This document shows, piece after piece, positions 24,514-32,000 of a stretch of DNA of 32,000 nucleotides. The translations under genes were made by a program, and so were the position numbers. The stretch spans positions 420,001 through 452,000 of the forward strand of contig NC_010503.1 of the NCBI RefSeq assembly GCF_000019345.1. The letters are read 5' to 3'. How positions within the stretch are numbered: the first letter of the stretch is position 1; every line of letters starts with the position of its first letter. The notes under the pieces are model-generated. The model was not told the DNA's origin. It searched no databases and worked only from the letters and a program-made list of their open reading frames with translations. This DNA comes from Ureaplasma parvum serovar 3 str. ATCC 27815 (lineage in GTDB: Bacteria; Bacillota_I; Bacilli_A; Mycoplasmatales; Mycoplasmoidaceae).

Positions 24514-25695
24514 ATGAACAAACCAATGTGTTTGCTTCGTTTAGATAATTATTATTTTACATTGTTGGTATTTATTTATAATGATGTAACTAAAGTTAAT
24601 GATTTAATTTTTATAAAATCTATTCCAAACAATAATCAAAATAATTATGAATCATCAAATTTTTTGCAAACAGATTTAAAAATCCAACTTAATACATTGA
24701 TTAACTGTTTTAAAAAAGAATTGCACATTAATTTTATTGATGAAATTATTGTTAGTTATGGTTTTAGTAGCTTTCAAACTACACATACTACTTTTTATAA
24801 CTATAATGAATTTATGAAATTAAGATCAAATTTTAATAATGAACACAGTGAATTATTAAGTTCAGATCAAAAAAGTTATATAGCAGTTGATTTTGGAATA
24901 AGCCACTATTCTAAAGAAAATAGTTATAAGTTGATTTCATATTATATTTTGAAATATGATTATCAATTAATAATTGATTTGTGCCAATCATTTAATTTAA
25001 AAATTAAGCAATTTATAGTTTCACAAGCTCATTTAAACGGTTTAAAATTTGATAATGAAGATAATAAAACTTCATTATTATTAGAATTAGAAAATTTTAA
25101 AATAAATTTTAGAACTTATAATGAATATAATTTAATTAGTAATGTTATTAGTGAGACAAAAAACCACTTTTGCCTGGCTGATATCATTACTCAAACAGCA
25201 CAATCATTAAATATTAATCCTAAAAAGATTGAGAGCTACTTTAATGATATTAATTATAATAATAAAAAAGTTATTGAAATTAATATTGATCCTAAAGAGT
25301 TGTTTACTTATAGTTTTATTTGTGGTGCGGATATTGAAAATACTTTTTTAAAAATTTTTAAAGAACATTTTGAAAAAAGTATTTTATCTCAATTTGATCA
25401 TCCATTACTAGATTTTAATCCAAAGAATTTAGCCTTTCTTTTTATTAACACTCCTTTCAATAATTTAAATAAGATATTTTATTATTTTTTTAGTTCATAT
25501 TTTAAAGAAGTTAAAATTGAAGTTTTTCAAAATAAATTTTTTATTTATTCAAATTGTTATGAATATAGTAATAGTCAAGCCCTAGCTAAGCAAGATTTTT
25601 ACAATGTACATAACATGAAAAATTTTGATAGCTTTAGCAATGAAAATATCCTAACAAAGATGCATGATCAAACAATAAACATAAAAAATTTTTAA
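24514..25695 (+). CDS. Unidentified dcw-cluster protein, possibly a highly divergent FtsA-like/actin-fold protein (393 aa)
   Basis: Position immediately after mraZ-rsmH; internal KSYIAVDFGISHYSKENSYKLISYYIL and FICGADIENTF segments only weakly reminiscent of FtsA; RBS ggagga. Confidence 0.4.
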   Translation: MNKPMCLLRLDNYYFTLLVFIYNDVTKVNDLIFIKSIPNNNQNNYESSNFLQTDLKIQLNTLINCFKKELHINFIDEIIVSYGFSSFQTTHTTFYNYNEFMKLRSNFNNEHSELLSSDQKSYIAVDFGISHYSKENSYKLISYYILKYDYQLIIDLCQSFNLKIKQFIVSQAHLNGLKFDNEDNKTSLLLELENFKINFRTYNEYNLISNVISETKNHFCLADIITQTAQSLNINPKKIESYFNDINYNNKKVIEINIDPKELFTYSFICGADIENTFLKIFKEHFEKSILSQFDHPLLDFNPKNLAFLFINTPFNNLNKIFYYFFSSYFKEVKIEVFQNKFFIYSNCYEYSNSQALAKQDFYNVHNMKNFDSFSNENILTKMHDQTINIKNF

Positions 25696-25723
25696 TAGAA
25701 ATATAAAAAGTATACAATTATTA

Positions 25724-25749
25724 AAAAAACTCATTTTTATGAGTTTTTT
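25724..25749 (+). terminator. Rho-independent terminator closing the mraZ-rsmH-24514 unit
   Basis: aaaaaaactca-ttttta-tgagttttttg hairpin and T-run. Confidence 0.8.
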
Positions 25750-25754
25750 GTTTT

Positions 25755-25760
25755 TATAAT
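25755..25760 (+). promoter_or_regulatory. Putative -10 (TATAAT) for the Abi/HEPN-helicase unit
   Basis: TATAAT 31 nt upstream of the 25791 ATG, directly after the terminator. Confidence 0.45.
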
Positions 25761-25790
25761 ATATGAAAGATAGGATGTGATTTTGTTTAT

Positions 25791-26666
25791 ATGGCGTTAA
25801 GTAAACACAGTATTGGTTTGATTAAAAATTTAAAGAATAAAGGATTGACTATTAAAAATAAAGAAAAATTCATTAGTTTCTTGTTTAATTATGGAGTCAT
25901 AAGAGTTATAGATGGTTATTCATTTTTTTTAAAAAAAGATAATCAATATGTAAAAGGCTTAAAAAGTAAGGATTTAATTAATTTTGTTTTATTAGATCGT
26001 AAAATTGCTAATTTAATGGGTGATTGTATTATGCTATTTGAACAACAATTAAATGCTATTGTTGTTCAAAATTTTTTAAAGATCAATAATTTAAATTCAA
26101 AATATGTTATAGATATGCGAACAGATCCTTTTATAAAATTTGAATCACCAAAACATTATGAAATATTATCAGAAAATATTTACACATATGCTAATTCTTC
26201 TAATTTGTTAAGTCAATTTAATACTAACGCACAAGAAATTCCTTTAATTAATTTAGCATTATCATGAACATTAAATACCACTATTGGCTTTTATCGTGCA
26301 GTTGATAATAATGTTCAAATTAGTGTTTTAGAGTATTTTCAATTAAATCATATTACACCATTAGAATTTATTGATATTTTACATATCATAAAACATTTTC
26401 GTAATAGTATTTCTCATAACGATATGGTAATTACTAATAGTTTCAATGATAACGTAGGTGCATTTGCTAAATCATTAAAATTAAAAAGTATTAAAAAAGT
26501 AGTGGGATTTTTAGATGTTGCGGCTTTTTTAACGGCGTTTACAAACGATAAATTTCATGTTTTAAATGGTAATTTACACATCAAAATTTTACAAGCAATT
26601 AAAAAAGCAAAATTCAAAGGCGTTGTTTTAGAACATATTAATAATTTATTAGGAGTTGAAGATTAA
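25791..26666 (+). CDS. Abi_2 (AbiD/AbiF)-like protein with HEPN motif (291 aa)
   Basis: With TGA=Trp: FLFNYGVIRVIDGYSFFLKK...LVLLDRKIANLMGDCIMLFEQQLN...HIIKHFRNSISHND; R-x4-H (RNSISH) encoded at 26400-26417. Confidence 0.7.
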
Positions 26667-26670
26667 AATT

Positions 26671-29600
26671 ATGCAAGATCAAGGAGTAAATAACAAGGCA
26701 ATTAAGCAAAAAGTCTTAAATTTACTATCAACTGATACGCGTGATAGTTGTATAAGAACACGCTTAACAAAATACCATTTAGATATTAGTCACACTTTTA
26801 ATAAATATGAACTTCAAGATTTTATTGAAGGTAAAATTAACATTCTTAAAATTAGAAATTTTATTAACATCAATACGTTTGAAAATGATGTTAAAAATAT
26901 AAATTCAATGGATGAATTGATTGATTATTTACAGGATTTCAATTTAAAACTAAAAGATCTTTTATCGACACGTAAAATTAATGAATGGAGCCAAGACTTT
27001 GTATTTTATAAAAATGAACGAATTGCTGATATGATTAAAGCGATTGAAAGTCAACCAAAAAAATTTGAATATTTAAGTCGTGAAGCACGCAATATTTATG
27101 CGCAAACAGGTGTTTGACCTTTATATATAGCTAAAAATTTTTTGATTGGTACAACACCTAAAGCTTCAAATATTAACGCGCCCTTAATTTTTGTTGATGT
27201 TGAGATTAAAAAATATAATGGTGAAATTTTTTTAAAACGAAAAAATACTAATTTTATTGTTAACGAAAAAATACTATCTTTTTTAAAAAATGATTATAAA
27301 AATAATATCGTTTCTTTAAATGAAATTAAAAACTTTAGTTATTTAGAAATTCAAACTCTAATTAAAAAAATAATACTAAAAGATCATTTAGAATCGATTA
27401 TTAATAATAATGAATTTCTAAACTTAAAACAAAATGAAATTAATGAGCAATTTAATAACTTTTTTTTATATGATGCATATGTTTTAGGAATTTTTGAGCC
27501 CCATGGAGGAGCGATTAAAAATGACTTAGAAGTGATTATTAGTAATAATATTGATCCTTTTGACGAAGAAATAAATAATGTTAATCAACAAATTTATTAT
27601 AAAAACTATCATTTTTTAGCAGAAGAAAATAAGCTTCCTTTAATCCAAATTAATCGTCCTTTAAATATTTTTCAAAAGTATGCTATTCATTCAGGATTAG
27701 TTAAAAATACTTTAATATATGGACCGCCTGGAACGGGAAAATCAGAGGTGATTGCAAGTATTATTGCAAACGTAATTAATGATTTAAAATCGATTTTAAT
27801 TATTTCGGAGAAAAAAGCTGCTTTAGATGTATTACATGAAAGATTAGCTAAAATTAATTTTTTCACACTTTTTATTTATGATACAAATAATGATGATCAA
27901 TTTTATAATAACATTTTTAATTTAATTGAAAAAATAGGAGGATTGCGTTTTATTGAGAATCAAGATTTAAACCAATTCAATGATTTTAAATATAAAAATA
28001 ATATTATTTCAAACATTTATTATAAAAAGATTCATGAATTAAAAAAAGAAATTATTAATATTACATCTTTAATTAAAAATTTACATAATGAAAAAGATAA
28101 TAATGATAATAATTTTGCTAATTATTTGTATTGATTATCACGCTTTAATGAAGTAGAAATTAGATTTATTAACGATCCATTATTGATCAATGAAATTAAT
28201 AATTTAATTGAGAATTATTCTTATAATTTTGATGAAATTATTACACACGTTAAAGCTAGTTATGATTTTTTTAAAAAATATAATTATGAATTTTCTAAAA
28301 ATAATTTTTTAAAATTTAAAGAAGAAAGCGAACAATTAAATAAATTACAAATTGATTTTAATTTAATTACAAAATCTTTATATCAATCACAAACTTTTCT
28401 ACCACGTATTAAGTTGTTAGAAAGCTTTTTAGTTAAAAATAATATGACTTTAACAAGTCTTATATATGATGATGTTAACTTGTTAAGTAATACATATGTT
28501 GAAGCTAATGAGTTTTATACAAACTTTAATCATCTTTTAAAAGATGATTTTAAAAAATTTATTGAAGATAATATAAAAAGTCATTCATTGTTTTTTAGTC
28601 ATTTAAATACTTTAAAAAATAATGAATGAACTTATGCTTTTGAGCAATATTTATTAATAAATAATCCATTTGCTAAAAAAGGTTTATTTAAAAAAATTAA
28701 AGGTGATGAAAAAAAATTATGAAAACAACTTGATCTACTTAAAATATATATTAATAATCCTTTTTTATCAAAATTTAGCTTTGATTTTTTAGAAGATTTA
28801 ATCAAACAACCAATAGAGATTTTCAATGTTGAAAATCTTGTTTATTTAAATAACAAACATTTATTAAATAAAGCATACGTTAAAGATTTATATGAGAATG
28901 CTTTTGATAAGAATTTATCATATGAACTAATTTATGGCCTTAAAGATTTAAAATTAAATAGTGAGCAATATGATATTATTAAAAATTTAATTAAATATCA
29001 AAACGAAGTTTTAGTTAATTATCAATTCATTAAAAATACTGATTTTTTTAATTTGTGTAAAAAATTAAGAGATGCAAATATTCAATTTTCTAAAAATGCT
29101 GATGAAATTATTTACAATAACTATTTAGATTATTTGCAAATTAAATTAGTTACTGCTCCTAAACAAATCCAAACAAAAATTAAAGAAATTGCGCAAATTT
29201 GTCGTTTAGCAAAAAAACCTAATATTGTGAAATTTATTTTAAAATATTATGAAATTTTACGTTTTCTTTTCCCTATTTGAATTAGTAAACCAGAACTTGT
29301 TAGTGAGATGTTACCATTAATAAGTAAGAGTTTTGATTATGGAATTTTTGATGAGGCTTCTCAGATGTTTTTAGAACGTTCTTATCCTTCAATCTATCGT
29401 TGTAATATTAATATTGTTGCAGGCGATGATAAACAATTATGCCCTACTAATTTTTTTATTAATCGTCAAGAAAATGAAAACGATGAGTTTGAATTAGCAG
29501 ATGTAGATGTTGCAGAAAGTTTATTAGATCGTGCTAAAACTGCTCTATGGTCAGAATATTTATTAAAAAACCACTATCGTTCTAATCGAGAAGATTTAAT

Positions 29601-30525
29601 TAGTTTTAGTAACGATAATATTTATAATGGCGATTTACATTTTGCATCTAAAAATGGGTTATTTGATCCAGGAATGGAAATTATAGATGTTGAAGGTGTA
29701 TTTGAAAATGAAAATGTTATTGAAGCACAAAAAATTATGGAGGTTTTAAAAGAACGAGCAGCCAATTATCAAAAAATTATTGTTATAACTTTTAATATCA
29801 AACAAAGTGAATTAATTGAAAATTTAATACTACAAACTTTTAGTTTTAATGATGTTGTTTATCAACGTTTTGAGAATGATGAAATTATTGTTACTAATTT
29901 AGAAAACGTTCAAGGTAATGAAGCTGATTTAGTAATTTTATCGGTTACTTATGCCAAAAATAAAGAAGGAATTTTACGCAATAATTATGGCCCATTAATG
30001 AAAAAAGGTGGTGCTAATCGGTTAAATGTAGCGATTACAAGAGCAGCAGATAAAATGATTGTTGTTAAATCAATTAAAGCTGTGGATATGATGGTTAATA
30101 TTAATAATGATAATATTAGGACTTTTAAAAATTTTATTGGTTATTGTGATGAAATTGTTCATTTGACTAATCAAAATAAATTTAATGATTGTAGTCATTT
30201 TGATGAAGAATTTTTAACAAGTTTAGAAAAAACCATATTGAAAATTTTAAAAGATTATAAAAAAACAAATCAACAAATTTTATATAAACTAAAAATTGGT
30301 AATTTTAAAATCACTTTTGCTTTATATAATGAAGAAAAACAAAAAATCGATTTACTTATTTTTATAGAAGAGTTTAATGAATGAAAATCATATAATCTTT
30401 TAGAAATTTATGATCAATTTAACTTCTTAATGGATCGTGGTTATAAAACAATCGTTATTAATGATTATGAAATTTGTTTAAACTATAATCAAGTTAAAAA
30501 TAATATTATTAAATTAATTGATTAA
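26671..30525 (+). CDS. Large SF1 (DNA2/NAM7/UPF1-type) helicase, 1284 aa, with a short C-terminal domain
   Basis: Walker A GPPGTGKSEV (27721 on), DEASQMF (about 29350), VAGDDKQLCPTNFF, HYRSNREDLISF, NLENVQGNEADLVILSVTY, GGANRLNVAITRA; continuous with TGA=Trp across nine track ORFs. Confidence 0.9.
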
Positions 30526-30585
30526 TATATATTATTAAATTGTTAAAATTTATGAAATATTTATTATCTTTTCTGGAGGTTTAAT

Positions 30586-31401
30586 TTGAATTTAAAGTCA
30601 TTTGAATTTTTAAAAGGTGATGCAATTGTTGATAACCAAATAAAAAAAGCTATTAATACTAGTTTGATTAAAGCATCATTTTCATGTGCAATTATGTGTA
30701 TATTAGTTCTTATTTTTGGTTTTTTAATGCGAAAATATTTATTTTATTTTTCAGATGCATCTAGTTTAATTATTAGCTCTCGTTTGATTTTTCAAATAAT
30801 TACAATCATTGTTGCTACTTTATCAATTGTCTATTTTATTGTTCATTTAATCATTTACTTTAGACAAAGAAATAATTTTTTAGCTCCTAAATTTGCATGA
30901 TCAATCATATTGTATCTATTGGATGGTATTACAATGTGTTTTATGATTAGTTATGTAGCGGCGATTGTAGGATTAGATTTGACGTTAATAGCCATTGGAA
31001 TTAGTTTATCAATCATTGTCGCAATGGGAATACTAGGTTTTATTATGAATCATAAAATTGCTTTTAAATTAGGCATTGCTAATATCGTTTTATTTACTAT
31101 TGCTACAATTGGTTCAATTATTTTATTGATTGTATTTTTTACAACGAGATATAACCATACTGGTTTTAACAAAGGTGTTATTATTGCTGACATTGTATTA
31201 AGTATTATTTGATTGCTCGCTTTAAGTATTGGTTTTGCTTCGACGATTTACATTATTAAAGTAATGGCCGAACATCATAATTTAGATAATAAAAAAATAA
31301 TGCGTGATTTTACAACTTGAAATAGTTATTTACTATTTGCTTCATTCAATCGTATTTTATTATATGTAATTCGTTTGTTTTTATTGTTTAAAAGAGTATA
31401 A
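30586..31401 (+). CDS. Multi-pass membrane protein of unknown function (271 aa)
   Basis: TTG start with strong RBS ctggaggt 6-7 nt upstream; about 7 hydrophobic segments; continuous with TGA=Trp. Confidence 0.75.
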
Positions 31402-31405
31402 ATAT

Positions 31406-31431
31406 AACAGGTTTGTTTAAACCTGTTTTTT
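31406..31431 (+). terminator. Rho-independent terminator
   Basis: aacaggttt-gttt-aaacctgtt followed by T-run; 9-bp perfect stem. Confidence 0.85.
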
Positions 31432-31451
31432 TATGACAATACATTTATTTT

Positions 31452-31478
31452 TTAGCACTCATTATTTTAAAGTGCTAA
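31452..31478 (+). promoter_or_regulatory. CIRCE element (HrcA operator), one mismatch
   Basis: TTAGCACTC-attatttta-AAGTGCTAA versus consensus TTAGCACTC-N9-GAGTGCTAA; TATAAT at 31482-31487. Confidence 0.92.
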
Positions 31479-31504
31479 AATTATAATAGTAAAGTAGGTG
31501 ATTA

Positions 31505-32000
31505 TTTATGGAATTTAAACAAAAAAACTCAAACAATCCATTAGAGGAATTTGGACGTAATTTAAATAAGGAAATTTTAGATAATAAAATTGACCCCATT
31601 ATCGGTCGAGATGAAGAAATTAGAAGAACCATTGAAATTCTAAGTCGTAAAACTAAGAATAATCCTGTCTTAATTGGTGAACCTGGTGTTGGTAAAACAG
31701 CAATTGTTGAGGGGCTTGCATACCGAATTGTTCATAAAGATGTTCCTTCAAACTTATTAGATAAAACAATTATTGAATTATCATTATCATCTTTAATTGC
31801 AGGCGCTAGTTATCAAGGCCAGTTTGAGGAACGAATTAATAGTATTTTAAAAGAAGTCAAAAAAGCAGATGGTAATATCATTTTGTTTATTGATGAAATA
31901 CATCAAATTGTTGGTATGGGTAGAAATCAAGGTTCAAATATGGATGTTGCTAATATTTTAAAACCAATGATGGCAAGAGGAGAAATCAAATTAATTGGCG
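31505..32000 (+). CDS. clpB: ATP-dependent chaperone ClpB, N-terminal domain-less form (partial, runs off window)
   Basis: [93 protein letters not shown]; CIRCE upstream. Confidence 0.93.

Noticed and set aside
28632-28826. Minus-strand ORF 28632..28826
   Set aside because: Antisense within the helicase frame, which is continuous here with TGA=Trp.

Overview
This 32 kb window comes from a Mollicute genome that reads UGA as Trp. The supplied ORF track breaks genes at TGA, so most real genes are merges of several track ORFs. The GKEQPA tandem-repeat surface antigen and its neighbourhood point strongly to Ureaplasma parvum (mba locus). Gene order: partial CDS end, alaS, ruvX, leuS, a degenerate IS3-like element, the mba locus, polC, a lipoprotein, then on the minus strand a choline kinase-like gene, a flavodoxin-fold gene, uvrC, gpsA and der. 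Back on the plus strand: a short comEC-like gene, mraZ, rsmH, a divergent FtsA-like gene, an Abi_2/HEPN-like gene, a large SF1 helicase, a membrane protein and clpB (partial). Most interesting signals: (1) the mba locus has three copies of a 26-35 bp in-frame recombination-site-like sequence, two inverted relative to the third. They join one promoter/signal-peptide module to three alternative C-terminal cassettes (40 perfect GKEQPA repeats; an acidic 24x-kDa-class domain; a short coiled-coil cassette). The MBA/UU376 inversion is known; the third site and its topology deserve attention. (2) An Abi_2-like protein with an R-x4-H HEPN motif lies directly upstream of a ~1284 aa SF1 DNA2/NAM7-type helicase, resembling HEPN/helicase defence modules, and sits where ftsZ would normally be in a degenerate dcw cluster. 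(3) MraZ-type 10-bp-period boxes overlap the mraZ start, and a near-perfect CIRCE precedes clpB. All positions and homology calls were made by eye; no database search was run.
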